Shown: in pieces, positions 38,040 through 50,925 of the stretch
How the letters are laid out: each line of letters opens with the position of its first letter
Position numbering within the stretch: position 1 is the stretch's first letter
Source: Chiloscyllium plagiosum
Lineage: Eukaryota
DNA: 64,000 bases
NCBI RefSeq assembly: GCF_004010195.1
Contig: NC_057750.1
Location: forward strand, 15,527,335 to 15,591,334
Reading direction: 5' to 3'
Notes under the pieces: generated by a model
Seen by the model: only the letters and a program-made list of their open reading frames with translations
The model's database searches: none
What the model was told of the DNA's origin: nothing
Program-made: the position numbers and the translations under genes

Positions 38040-38350
38040 CATTGTGGGCATGCTGACTTTCCTTAGCCTTCTGAGGAAGTAGAGGCATTGGTGTGCTTTA
38101 TTGACTCCTCAATGCAGATGGATCAGGATAGATTGGGGATATTTACACCTAGGAACTTGAACTCTCAACATCTCCACCTCTGTGCCATTTAGACAGACAA
38201 GGGTGTGTCCTCCACTTCCTGAAGTCGATGACCAGTCCTTCATTTTGCTGACTTTGAGAGAGAGATTTGTTGTCTTACATGTCGATAATCTGTCTAAATC
38301 ATTCCTGCACTCTGTCTCATCGTTGTTTGAGATCTGACCTCCGACAGTCG
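38040..38350 (-). mobile_element. Rex-Babar/L2-like LINE RT fragment
   Basis: TVGGQISNNDETECRNDLDRL...NLSLKVSK. Confidence 0.6.
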
Positions 38351-39469
38351 AAGAAAGCGGTTGGGAGATTGAGCTGTTGGCATTTGTTGCAAACATTTTT
38401 TAGTTATGCCATCTTGGTTTGTGTAAGGATCCTTGAATCTCTGGAACATGATTTAAGTGCAGGAATCATGATCCTTGTCCACTTTTGGAGTTTAGTTATT
38501 TGGTGGGAATATAGAATGACTGAAGGCTTCTTGTCCTTGCTGAACTGTACTTTTCTAATCAACCTGTTCAGAAATGTTACACCCTACAGGAGCAGGTGGG
38601 ACTTGAACCTAGGCTGCCTGGCTTAGGTAGGGATGCTGTCACTGCACCACATTTAACCCTAATTCTAACCGTATCCTTCGATATCTGTTTTAGTTGGCAT
38701 TAGTGCAGTTTGGCCAACAGAGGGCAGCATTCTCTTAGTTTGAGGCCTACTTAAATGCTACATATTGCTACAGGCTTTTTGTGAACAAATACATCTTTTA
38801 AAGAGGTGGGGGCTGTGGAAATGACGGCTCAGAAAAGAGAGCAGACTAATGTCCATCCTGTTAATTCTCAAACACGTCCCATTATCTTCACTTAATGAGC
38901 CTGTAAACAACCATTTTGTTTTTTAATATTCATTTGTGAGATGTGGAGTTGTGGGGTTTCTCTGGCAGGGCAAGCATTTGCTCATCCCTAATTGCCCTCG
39001 AGTGATGTTGAGCTGCAACCTTGAACTGTCCAGTCTGTTTAAGTAGGTACACCTATAGTTCTATTTGAGTGTTTCAGGATTTTGATCTAGTGATGAAGGA
39101 ATGGTGAAACCTTTCCAAATCAAAATGGTGTGGAGCTTGGAAGGGAAATGTGAGGGGATGTATCTGTTTTCCTTGCTCTTCTTGATGTTGAAGTCATCAG
39201 TTTGGACCGTGCTGTCGAAGCAGCCTTTGTGAGTTGCTATGGTTCATCTTTTAGATGGTATACGTTGCTGCCATTATGGGTTAGTGATGAAGAGAATGAA
39301 TGGTACTTCATACTGCCATCCACTTCAATCAAGTAGCCTGCTTTGTCCTAGATGGTGTTGAACTTGTGTTGGAGTTGTGTTGAGCCATGTGACAGTTGTT
39401 CAAACACCTTCAACTTCTCCTTGCAGATGGTGGCTAGGCGTTGGAGAGACTGGGGAGAGGGCAACAGTC

Positions 39470-40170
39470 CAACAGTATGCTGCATGGATTGGTTCTGGGT
39501 CCTGTCATTTACATCTTCTTCTATTTGGATGAGACTAAAAGTATGTTTTGTAAGTTTGCAGATGATACTAAAATTACTGGTATATTTGCTTTGTGAAGAA
39601 GGTTATCTAAGAGGACCTTGATCAGATGGGCCAAGAAGTGGCAGATTGAGTTTAATTTAGATAGATGCAAGATGTTGCATTTTGGTCAGGCAAACCAGGG
39701 CAGGATCTACATAGTTAATGGTAGGGCCCTGGAGAGTGGTGTTGAAAGAGGGACGTAGGGGTGCAGGTTCATAGTTCCTCGAAAGTGGTATTGTGGGTAG
39801 ACAGGGTGGTGAAGGTGTTTTGCATGCTTGCCTTCATCGGGCAGAACATTGAGTATAGGAGTTGGGAAGTCCCCATTATGGCTGTAAGGGATATTGGTAA
39901 GGCTGCTTTTTAGTATTGGGAGCAGTTCTGATTGTCCTATAGGAAGGATGTCCTTAAACTAGAAAGTGTACAGAGCAACTTTGGCCAGCATGTAGCCAGG
40001 ACCAGTGTGTTTGAGTTCTAATGAGATGCTGGATAGGCTGGGGCTTTCCCCTCTAATGTTGGAGGTTTATAAAATTTCAACATTAATAGGTTGAATAGCT
40101 AAGGTCTCTTCCAAGGGTATGGGTTTCCAAAACTAGCGGATATAGGTTTAAGGTGAGGAGGGAAAAATTT
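39470..40170 (+). mobile_element. CR1 RT/3' fragment
   Basis: agtttgcagatgatactaaaat (KFADDTK) and downstream CR1 sequence. Confidence 0.8.
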
Positions 40171-40179
40171 AGTCACGGC

Positions 40180-43100
40180 CATAGAGATGTACAGCACGGA
40201 AACAGACCCTTTGGTCCAACCCGTCCATGCTGACCAGATCTCCCAACCCAATCTAGTCCCACCTGCCAGCACCTGGCCCATATCCCTCTATACCCATCCA
40301 GGTGCCTTTTTACATGCCCATATCCCTCTATACCCATCCAGGTGCCTTTTTACATGTTGCTATTATACTAGCCTCCACCACTTCCTCTGGCAGCTCATTC
40401 CAAACACGTACCATCCTCTGTGAAAAAGTTGCCCCTTAGGTCTCTTTTATATCTTTTCCCTCTTCCCTCTAAAGCTGTGCCCTTTAGTTCTGGACTCCCC
40501 CATTCAGGGAAAGACTTTGTATATTTACCCTATCCATACCCCTCATGATTTTGTAAACCTCTATAAGGTCACCCCTCAGCCTCCAATGCTCTGGGGAAAA
40601 CAGCCCCAGCCTGTTCAGCCTCTCCCAATAGCTCAAACCCCCCAAACCTGGCAACATCCTTGTAAATCTTTTCTGAACCCTTTCAAGTTTCACAACCTCT
40701 TTCTGATAGGAAGGAGATCAGAATTGCATGCAATATTCCAACAGTGGCCTAACCAATGTCCTGTACAGCTGCAACATTACCTCCCAACTCCTATACTCAA
40801 TACTCTGACCAAAAAAGGAAAGCATACCAAATGTTGTCTTCACTATCCTATCCACCTGTGACTCCACTTTTGAAGGAGCTATGAATCTGCACTCCAAGAT
40901 CTCTTTGTTCAGCAACACTCCCTAGGACCTTACCATTTAAGTGTACAACACCTGCTAAGATTTGCTTTCCCAAAATGCAGCACTTCACACTTATCTAAAT
41001 TGAACTCCATCTGCTATGTCTCAGCCCACTGGCCCATCTGATTAAGATCCTGTTGTAATCTGAGATAACCTTCGCTGTCCACTACACCTGCAATTTTGGT
41101 GTTATCTGCAAACTTACTAACTGTATGTCTTATGCTCACATCCAAATCATTAATAAGTGATGGAAAGTAGTGGACCCAATACCGATCCTTGTGGCACTCC
41201 ACTGGTCACAGGCCTCCAGTCTGAAAAACAACCCTCCACCACGCTCTGTCTTCTACCTTTTTGAGTGAGTTCTGTATCCAAATGGCTCGTTCTCCTTGTA
41301 TTCCGTGAGATCTAACCTTGCTAACCAGTCTCCCATGGAGAACCTTGTCATATGCCTTACTGAAGTCCATATAGATCACGTCCACCGTTCTGTCCTCATC
41401 AATCCTCTTTGTTACTACTACAAAAAACTCAATCAAGTTTGAGAGACATGATTTCCCACACACAAAGCCATGTTGATAATCCCTAATCAGTCTTTCCAAA
41501 TAAATGTACATCCTGTCCCTCAGGATTCCCTCCAACAACTTGCCCACCACTGATGTCAGGCTCACTTGTCTATAGTTTCCTGGCTTGTGCATACCACCTT
41601 TCTTAAACAGTGGCACCATGTTAGTCAACCTTCAGTCTTCCAGCACCTTAACTGTGACTATCGATGACACAAATATCTCTGCAAGAGGCCCAGCAATCAC
41701 TTCTCTAGCTTCCCACAGAGTTCTAGGGTACACCTGATCAGGTCCTGGGGATTTAGCCACTTTGAGTTTCAAGACATCCAGCACTTCCTCCTTTGTAATA
41801 TGGACATTTTTCAAGATGTCTCCATCCATTTTCCTACATTCTTTATCGTCCATGTCCTTTTCCACAGTAAACACTGATGCAAAATACTCTTCCCCCATCT
41901 CCTGCAACTCCACACAAAGGTCGCCTTGCTGATCTTTGAGGGGATCTGTTTTCTCCCAAGTTACCCTTTTGTCCTTAATATATCTGTAAAACCCTTTGGA
42001 TTCTCCTTAACTCTATTTGCCAAATCTATCTCCTGTCCCCTTTTTTGCCTTCCTGATTTCCCTCTTAAGTATATCTTCTAAGGATTCACTCGATCTATCC
42101 CGTCTATACCTGACATATGCTTCCTTCTTTTTCTTAACCAAACCCTCAATTTCTTTAGTCATTCAACATTTCCTATGCCTACCAGCCTTTCCTTTCACTC
42201 TCACAGTAATATCCTTTCTCTGGACTCTCGTAATCTCATTTCTGAAGGCTTCCCATTTTCTAGCCATCCCTTTACCAGTGAACATCTGCCCCCAATCGCA
42301 TTTTGACAGTTCTTTCCTAATAACATCAAAATTAGCCTACCTCCAGTTTAGAACTTCAACTTTTAAATATGGTCTATCCCTTTTTTTTTCCATCACCATT
42401 TTAAAACTAATAGAATTATGGTCGCTGACCCCAAAGTGCTCCCACCTCCTTTTTTTTTTTCACCTCAGTGGCTCAGTGGTTAGCACTGCTGCCTCACAGC
42501 ACCAGGGACCCAGGTTCGATTCCAGCCTTGGGCAACTGTCTATCTGTGTGGAGTTTGCACATTCTCCCCATGTCTGTGTGGGTTTCCTCTGGGTGCTCCG
42601 GTTTCCTCCCACAGTCCAAAGATGTGCAGGTTAGGTGAAGTGATCATGCTAAATTGCCTGTAGAGCTAGGTGCATTTAGTTCGGGGGAATGGGTCTGGGT
42701 GTGTTACTCCTTCGTAGGGTCGGTATGGACTAGTTGGGCTGAAAGGCCTGTTTCCACACTGTAGGGAATTTAATCTAATCCCAGTCCCATGTTCCTAACC
42801 GTGCCCGGAGTTCATCTGCCTTCCTTTTTAGGCCTCTTACATTAAGCTGCACTTATTTCAATGCATCAGTCCCACTTTGTTCTTTTGCTTTGTCCTTGCC
42901 TGCCCTGACTTTGTTTGACTCGCCTTTGTTCTCAACTGTATCAGTCTCAGATTGAAATCTTTCTTCACTATGTCCCCGGGTCTTACTCATTTAAATCCTC
43001 CCGACCAGCTCCAGCAAATCTCCCTGCCAGTCTATTAGTCCCCTTCCAATTTAGGTGCAATCCGTCCTTCTTGTACAGGTCACTTCTATCCCAAAACCAC

Positions 43101-44390
43101 TTCCAATGATCTAAAAATGTGAATCCCTCTCCATACACCAGTTCCTCAGCTATGCATTCATTTCCCCTGTCCTCCTTTTCCTGCCCTCACTAGCTCGTAC
43201 CACTGGGAGTAATCCAGATGTTACTACTCTTGAGGGCCTCCTGCTTTTTTTTCAAATTCCTGCTTAACTCTCTGTAATCACCCTTCAGAATCTCCACCTT
43301 TTCCCTTCCTATGTCATTGGTTCCAATGTGTACAATGACCTCCTGCTGGCCCCTCTCTCCCTGAGAACCTTCTGCACCCTCCCTAAGACATCCTTGATCC
43401 TGGCACCAGGGAAGCAACATCCCATTCTGATTTTTCGCTGCTGGCCACAAACATTTGTCTGTATCTCTGACTAGAGAGTCCCCTAAGACAGTCGATTGCT
43501 TGGAACTCTATGTACCTCTTATTACATTAGAGCCAGTCTCAATACCAGAAACTTGGCTGTTTGTGCTACATCCCCCTGAAAATCCACCACCCCCTGACAT
43601 TTTCCAAAACTGAATACTTTGTTTGAAATGGGAATAGCCACAGAAGACTCCTGCACTACCTGCCTATGTTTTCTTACCTTTTCCTGGAGTAAAGCCATCA
43701 AATTGATGATATCTGAGACTACCCCTCCCTCTTTTTCTCCTGCGCCCCCCCCCCCCAACCCAATAACTGCCATCCATCACACCCCCTTGCTCTTGTAAAT
43801 TCCTCATTGCCTCTAACTGCCTCTCCAACTGATCTATTCGATCTGATAGGATCTGCAACCAATGGCATTTAATTCAGATATAATCCTCAGTAAACCATAA
43901 ACTCTCCCTAAACTCCCACATCTGACAAGAAGAGCATATCACTGTAGTAAGGGCCATTTTTGCTTCTTTCAATCTACTGACCCAGAAAATAGCACTGTCT
44001 GTCTTATTGCTCTACAAAACACTGCTCCAGGTTAAATTAGTACTTATGGCTTATATTTAAGTTTAATCAAGAGACATTGCTCAATAAAACATATAATCAA
44101 GAAAGAACCCACTTGACTCACTACTGCAGACTTATTTTAAGACCACGCTTAAAACGTCCACTTATTTGTATCTGTGCTATGACCTCTTCCCAACAGGTTC
44201 AGCCAAGATCAGTTGTGAATTTCATTTTTTTTTTTTTTAATTTTCCCAGACACACACTGATGTCCAGCGATACATGATTTCAACAGCAAAGGCAGTAACT
44301 GCTAACTCTGTCAGTTAGCAATGTGGGTTTCTCGCTCTGACCTCACCATGTGCTTCCCTTATCTATTCTTCTCCCTTTTTTAAAAGTGCT
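40180..44390 (-). mobile_element. Long degenerate CR1 (5' UTR, ORF1, ORF2 with internal deletion, 3' tail)
   Basis: LSDRIDQLERQLEAMRN and VIVHIGTNDIG (ORF1); KSPGPDQVYPR, NYRQVSLTS, MDFSKAYDKV, SKFADNTK, LVRPLLEYC (ORF2). Confidence 0.9.
42466..42780 (+). mobile_element. tRNA-derived SINE nested in CR1
   Basis: tggctcagtgg A-box, ggttcgattcc B-box, core and tail. Confidence 0.9.
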
Positions 44391-45311
44391 GTTATAGAAC
44401 ATAGAAAAGTACAGCACAGAACAGGCCCTTTGGCCCATGATGTTGTGCTTAGATTTAATCCTAATGTAAAATATAATAACTTAACCTACGCACCCCTCAA
44501 CTCACTGCTATCCATGTGCATGTCCAGCAGTTGCTTAGATGTCCCCAATGACTGCTTCCACCATCACAACTCTGTGTAGAGAACCTACCTCTGACGTCTC
44601 CTTTATACCTTCGTCCTAATATCTTCAAACTATGACTCCTCGTACCAGTCAATCCTGCCCTGGGGAGATGTCTCTGGCTATTGACTCTATCTATTCCACT
44701 CCATTATCTTGTATACTTCGATCAGGTCTCCTCTCTTCCTCCTTTTCTCTCGAAAAATTTGATTTGTGGAGTTTCCTCCAGTGAGCTGTTTTTAATTGTC
44801 CACCACCATTCATGACAGGATGTGGCTGGACTGCAGATTTTAGATCTGATCTGTTGGTTGTGGGATCACTTAGACCTGGATGTGTCATGCTCTTTGACTT
44901 GCAAGTAATGCTGATATGGTGTCATCATTTAAGGTGACCCCTCATTTTTGGTGTGCTGCTGGCATGCTCTCCTTTTCCATGTTTGAAGCAGAGTTAAACT
45001 CTTGGCTTGATGGCAATGGTAGAATGAGGGATATGTTGGGCATTGAGGCTCGTCTAGGAATATGGGTTTATTCAGCACTGTCTTTCCTAATCTTGCTTGC
45101 TGAGTGAGGGAATTCTATCATTTTCAGAAGGTGTTTTGTTTGTTTAACAGACGTGGGCTTCACTGACTGGGTCAGTATTTGTTGCCTGTTCCTGTTTGGC
45201 CTTGTGTGAGGGCTGTGATCAGGTTCTGCCTTGAACTGCTGCAGTCCATGGCATTTGGGAGAGAGTTCTAGGATGTTTGATTCAGCAGAAGTGATATAAC
45301 AATCACTTTGT

Positions 45312-45630
45312 GGGCGGCACGGTGGCACAGTGGTTAGCACTGCTGCCTCACAGTGCCAGAGACCCGGGTTCAATTCCCGCCTCAGGCGACTGACTGACTG
45401 TGTGGAGTTTGCACGTTCTCCCCGTGTCTGCGTGGGTTTCCTCCGGGTGCTCCGGTTTCCTCTCTCCATCCAAAGATGTGCAGGATCAGGTGAATTGGCC
45501 ATACTAAATTGCCTGTAGTATTAGGTAAGGGGTAAATGTAGGGGTATGGGTGGGTTTCGCTTCGGCGGGTCGGTGTGGACTTGTTGGGCCGAAGGGCCTG
45601 TTTCCACACTGTAATCTAATCTAAATCTAA
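45312..45630 (+). mobile_element. tRNA-derived SINE (HE1/V-SINE-like), young full-length copy
   Basis: gggcggcacggtggcacagtgg...ggttcaattcc with CpGs retained and a (taatc)n tail. Confidence 0.92.
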
Positions 45631-45841
45631 TATATTGTCAAGGCAGGTGGCTTGGGGTTTTACAGATCATGGTGTTCCAGTGTACCTCCTGAACTTGACC
45701 TTCTAGCTGGTCAAGATCATGGGTTTGGAAAATGCTGCACTAAAGTGGTCTTGGTAAATGTCTTTAGCATACCTTGTGGATGGTACATACTGCTACTATG
45801 CATTAATGAGGGAGGTTTTTTTTTTGCTTTTAATGTGCCAG

Positions 45842-46071
45842 GAGAAAGTGAGGACTTCAAATGCTGGAGATCAGAGTTGAGAATGTGTGGGTGCTGGAAA
45901 AGCATGGCAGGTCAGGCAGCATCCGAGCAGCAGGAGAATTCAAGAGCCCTTTATCAGGAGTGGGGCTTGTTCTCATTCCTGGTGAAGGGTCTTGCCCAAA
46001 ATGTCGATTCTCCTGCTCCTTGGATGCTGCCTGATCTGCTGTGCATTTCCAGCACCACACTCCGATTTTGG
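45842..46071. mobile_element. Palindromic family-B Penelope-derived insert, decayed
   Basis: Inverted arms; 9-bp TSD ATGTGCCAG (45833-45841, 46072-46080); mutated core ctggtgaagggtcttgcccaaaatgtc. Confidence 0.8.
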
Positions 46072-46298
46072 ATGTGCCAGTCAAGTGACTTGTTTCCCTC
46101 CTGGATGTTGTCAACCTTTTTTTTTGTGTGATGGAGCTGCACTTATCCAGTCAAGTGGGGTATTCCATTACACTATGACATCTTCCCTGCAGATGGTGGA
46201 CAGATATTTAGGAATTAGGTGAATTAGTTGCTGCAGGATTCCTAGCCTCTGACCTGCTGTTACAGTTAGTGTTGATGTCTGGTCCAGTAGAATATCTA

Positions 46299-48231
46299 TT
46301 CTGGATCAGTGGTGCTGGAAGAGCACAGCAATTCAGGCAGCATCCGACGAGCAGCAAAATCGACGTTTCGGGCAAAAGCCCTTCATCAGGAATAAAGGCA
46401 GAGAGCCTGAAGCGTGGAGAGATAAGCTAGAGGAGTGTGGGGATGGGGAGAAAGTAGCATAAGAGTACAGTAGGTGAGTGGGGCAGGAGATGGTGATAGG
46501 TCAGGGAGGAGAGGGTAGAGTGGATAGGTGGAAAAGGAGCAAGGCAGGTCGGACAAGTCCGGACAGGTCAAGGGGACCGTGCGGGCTGGAAGTTTGAAAC
46601 TAGGATGAGGTGGGGGAAGGGGAAATGAGGAAGCTGTTGAAGTCCACATTGATGCCCTGGGGTTGAAGTGTTCCGAGGCAGAAGATGAGGCGTTCTTCCT
46701 CCAGGCGTCTGGTGGTGAGGGAGCAGCGGTGAAGGAGGCCCAGGACCTCCATGTCCTCGGCAGAGTGGGAGGGGAGTTGAAATGTTGGGCCACGGGGCGG
46801 TGTGGTTGATTGGTGCGGGTGTCCCGGAGATGTTCCCTAAAGCGCTCTGCTAGGAGGCGCCCAGTCCCCCCAATGTAGAGGGGACTGCATCGGGAGCAAC
46901 GGATACAATAAAGTGGAGCTTGTTCAAGGAACAGCTGCTGTGTGTCCTTAATAAGTATGTACCTGTCAGGCAGGGAGGAAGTGGTCAAACAAGGGAACTG
47001 TGGTTTACCAAAGAAATTGTCAAGAGGAAGGAGAAGGTTCATGATAGGATGAGATGTGAAGGCTCAGTTAGGCCGCTTAAAAGTTACAAGTTAGCCAGGA
47101 AAGACCTAAAGAGAGAGCTAAGAACCAGGAGGGATCAAGAGAGGTCATTGGCAGGTAGGATCAAGGAAAAGAATGAATAGAGAAAGATTAGGGCCAATCA
47201 AGAACAGTCATGGGAAGTTGTGCGTGGAGTCCCAGGAGATAGGGGAATTGCTAAATGAGTATTTTTCATCAATATTCTCACTGGAAAAAAGCAATGTCAC
47301 TGAGGAGAATACTGAGAGACAGGTGACTGGACTAGGTAGGATTGACATCAGCAGGAAAAGAGGTGTTAGCAATTCTGAAAAGTGTGAAAATAGATCAGCC
47401 CACTGTGCCGGATGTCAGGTTGATAGGGTTATTAAGAAGGCATATGGCGTATTAGTTTTTATTGGAAGAATCAAAGAGTCATAGAGATGTATAGGATGGA
47501 AACAGACCCTTTGGTCCAACCTGTCCATGCCGATCAGATATCCCAACCCAATCTAGTCCCACCTGCCAGCACGCGGCCCATATCCCTCCAAACCCTTCCT
47601 ATTCATATATCCAAACAAATGCTTCTTAAATGTTGCAATTACCCACCCAAATGCCTCTTAAATGTTGCAATTGTACCAGCCTCCACCACATCCTCTGGCA
47701 GCTCATTCNNNNNNNNNNNNNNNNNNNNNNNNNNNNNNNNNNNNNNNNNNNNNNNNNNNNNNNNNNNNNNNNNNNNNNNNNNNNNNNNNNNNNNNNNNNN
47801 NNNNNNNNNNNNNNNNNNNNNNNNNNNNNNNNNNNNNNNNNNNNNNNNNNNNNNNNNNNNNNNNNNNNNNNNNNNNNNNNNNNNNNNNNNNNNNNNNNNN
47901 NNNNNNNNNNNNNNNNNNNNNNNNNNNNNNNNNNNNNNNNNNNNNNNNNNNNNTGGATCTTGGGAAGGAGGTAGAACCGGGCAGTGCGGGGTTCCCGGAC
48001 TATGAGGTTGGAAGCTGTGGGTGGGAGATCTCCTGAGGTGATGAGGTTCTGTATGGTCTGGGAGATGATGGTTTGATGATGGGGGGTGGGGTCATGGTCG
48101 AGGGGGCAGTAGGAAGGGCTTTAGCCCGAAACGTCGATTTTGCTGCTCGTCGGATGCTGCCTGAATTGCTGTGCTCTTCCAGAACCACTGATCCAGAATC
48201 TGGTTCCAGCATCTGCAGTCATTGTTTTTAC
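46299..48231 (-). mobile_element. Penelope-like element (family B) with RT and GIY-YIG remnants and inverted pLTRs; interior contains CR1 fragments and a gap
   Basis: YCIRCSRCSPLYIGGTGRLLAERFREHL (GIY-YIG); 47954-48112 reads YCPLDHDPTPHHQ...PRTARFYLLPKI (PLE RT); 15-bp TSD CCAGTAGAATATCTA (46284-46298, 48232-48246). Confidence 0.9.
46360..46391 (-). ncRNA. Minimal hammerhead ribozyme motif (intact core) in Penelope pLTR
   Basis: Minus strand reads TC-CTGATGA-A-GGGC-TTTT-GCCC-GAAA-CGTC-GA. Confidence 0.68.
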
Positions 48232-50925
48232 CCAGTAGAATATCTAGTCAATGGTACTTAACCTCCCCTTTGTGCTTCCATCTGAGTATAAATGCATGAG
48301 GGATCTGTAGACAATGTGACTCCTGTTAGTCCCAGTAGATTGACTTGCCCAAACTGTGAGCAAAGCACTGGTTTGCTCAAGGGTAGGGTGGAAGAAGGTA
48401 ATGAAGGATGGGCCTGGATAACAACATGTACACTTATGAACTGGATTGAAGTTTTTGTTTGGGATGGGTTGGGGGAAGTTTTTTTTTAAGGAGCTGACTC
48501 CAGGAGCAGGAGAAGTACTCTGGTGATGTGAAAGGCATGCAGCCTAGCGGGTGTAGTTCCATCAGTTGTAGTTTTACGTGATTCCTGCCAGGGTGGAGCT
48601 GCAGACGGCGAGTCTTTGCAAAGGAAGCTTGTGTGTGATTAGGACATCCTGTTTATAATACAAGTGCTGTATGTGTTGGGAGGAGTGTTCAGGAACCAAT
48701 CTGCCAGGGGGTGAGGGAGGGAGACCTCCCAGTGGCTAGTGTGAACGTGCTGCTTGTCTGGTGGGAAGAGAAGAGAACAATTAAGTTGACTCAGTAACCA
48801 TCCCTACCCACAAATAATGAGTTCATATTTTGTATATTAATGCTGGTAGTGCAAGCGTTCTCTAATTCTCCTTGTTCCAGTATGTTAACTGTCAGTCACA
48901 GGGTCACTTTTTTTTGCCCGAGTTGAGAAGTTGCCCTATTTCAGGAGCTCCATATAAAGGAGAAAGCTGACACCCTCCGTACATCTGAGGGTCTGAAGTG
49001 CCATTCTCAGATGCAATGTTTTTAGCAAGCCCCCACCTCCTTTTTGATGTGAAAGATCACGTCATTCTTTTGAGCAGGAGCCCAGAAATTACCTCTTTTG
49101 AACAAGAATTTTTTTTGTACTTCAACAGTGATCAAATAATTGTGTTTGGGCTCAGGAGCTTGCTGTGTACAAATTGGCAGCTTTCTGTTGTAACGAAAGC
49201 TGTGAAGTGTCCTGTGGCCGATACACGCTGCAGAAATCCGAGTCTTTTTCATGAGTGAATTTCACTTTTAAAGTAAAAAAAGCACTTTGTCTTCAGAAAT
49301 TCATTTCCTTTCAGGTGAGGATCTAGCTAGAATTTGGGAGGAAGTCTTGTGCTCTGAGTCGGTTCTGTTTTTACATACGTTAAACTCTTGATCCGAATGT
49401 ATTACCACCCACCCTCAAAAAAAAACACTGGCCAGACCCCTTACCAAACAGCACTCTATTTCCAATGCAGAGGGTTAGTTGCTGTCCTCTGGGCTATGTT
49501 GTGAGACTGGCAAAACTATTTGAGTTTGGAGCTGTATATTAGCTACTTACAGTTGTTGGCATCTACTTCCAGTCTTCTGGCAGAATTTCAACAGATGTTC
49601 TGCAGCTGAGTTGTGCTCTAAGCTCCTCCGAAATAGAGGTTAAAGACCTGCTACCTTAAATAACATGAGGTGCAAAATTTGGATCAAAAAGGTTTTTATA
49701 TCCAGAGCTTTTTGAACTGCAGGAATGTGAGGGAATTCCCACTGTTTTAATGGACAAAGAATCCATTGCTATTTTGTTCCATTAGTTGTTTACTGTGATC
49801 GGTTTTTGTTCTCCTTTGTCGCGAACAGATAGTAAATCTTGCAGACTCTTACCTACAAAATCTCCACTTCCTAAACACTTGGCATGAATTACTTGGTTGC
49901 CTGAATTGGATTCTTGTTCACAAATTAGGTTCTCCCTCCAGTCTGAGGCTTCCCTTGTGATTGCTCCTGAAGAAAAGATGCTTGTTTAACACCAGCCATG
50001 CATCTGTAATGGAAGTATACAAACTAACCTGCCTCAACTGTGTAGCCTTGATTTTGCTGTGACCTTGACAGACAAATCCATCCTTGTTTTGCAGCAGAGT
50101 TGGTCGTAGTAGAGCTTTCCCTTTTTTGTATTCAGCATTTTGGCTTAAGAGTAGCATTTCACCTGAGTTTTTTTCCCTTTTTTTGGAAAGGACTGTTTCC
50201 CTTTGGGTTTCTGAATACCACAGTACCTTTTTTTTTAAAAATGCAGTCACTTGAAATGTAATGTCAACTTTGCACATAACAACATGCTCTGACAAACTAG
50301 TGCAATTTAAGAGCAGACAATATTGAAAACACCTTGCCACAGATTTTTAATATTCATTGGTTTTCCCACTAAACAATTTTGAAGATGGAAGATAAAATAT
50401 ATAAACTTGCAGAAGATACTAGGCTAGGGAAAACAGTGAAACATGCAGATGACACTGAGTGACTTCAAAAGGACATTGACAAGTTGGCCAAATGGACAGA
50501 CACCTGGCGTATGAATTTACTAGACTGATAGCAGGAATAAGGGATTTTTACTCCAAGGAAAGATGAGTGAAATTCGACTTGCTGTCCTTCGGAGCAATGA
50601 AGATTTAAGAGGTGACCTTTTATTGAGGTGTTCAAATTATGAATATCCTTCTACACCCAGTCAAAGTTATTCTGCTTCAACTAGTTGGTATGCCTATAAC
50701 TAGGGGTCACCATTTCAAGATCCTCAGCAAGGAGTCCGATGAGGAGAAACTTCTTTCCTTGGTGAATTCCATTTGAAGGTTTCAAAAGAGATAGATATAT
50801 ATTCAAAAGTGAAGATGCACTCTGGGCATTCTGCCTTCCCTGTTAGGCCTCTTGCTTTGAAATAAATGTAGTTTTAATTTATCAATCCTACCTTGTTCTC
50901 TCCTTTTTGTCTGTTTCTGTGCTGA

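Larger units (their letters stand above)
31735..38040 (-). mobile_element. CR1 3' fragment split by the L1 insertion (pieces ~31735-32255 and ~37790-38040)
   Basis: Reverse-complement CR1 tail and RT-end sequence continue on both sides of the L1. Confidence 0.7.

Noticed and set aside
45312..45385. tRNA gene (A and B boxes)
   Set aside because: It is the tRNA-derived head of a SINE repeated more than ten times in the window; no proper cloverleaf.
48490..48782. Possible intronic H/ACA snoRNA (ends ACAATT)
   Set aside because: No convincing two-hairpin/H-box structure; the sequence looks like decayed CR1 ORF1/5' region.
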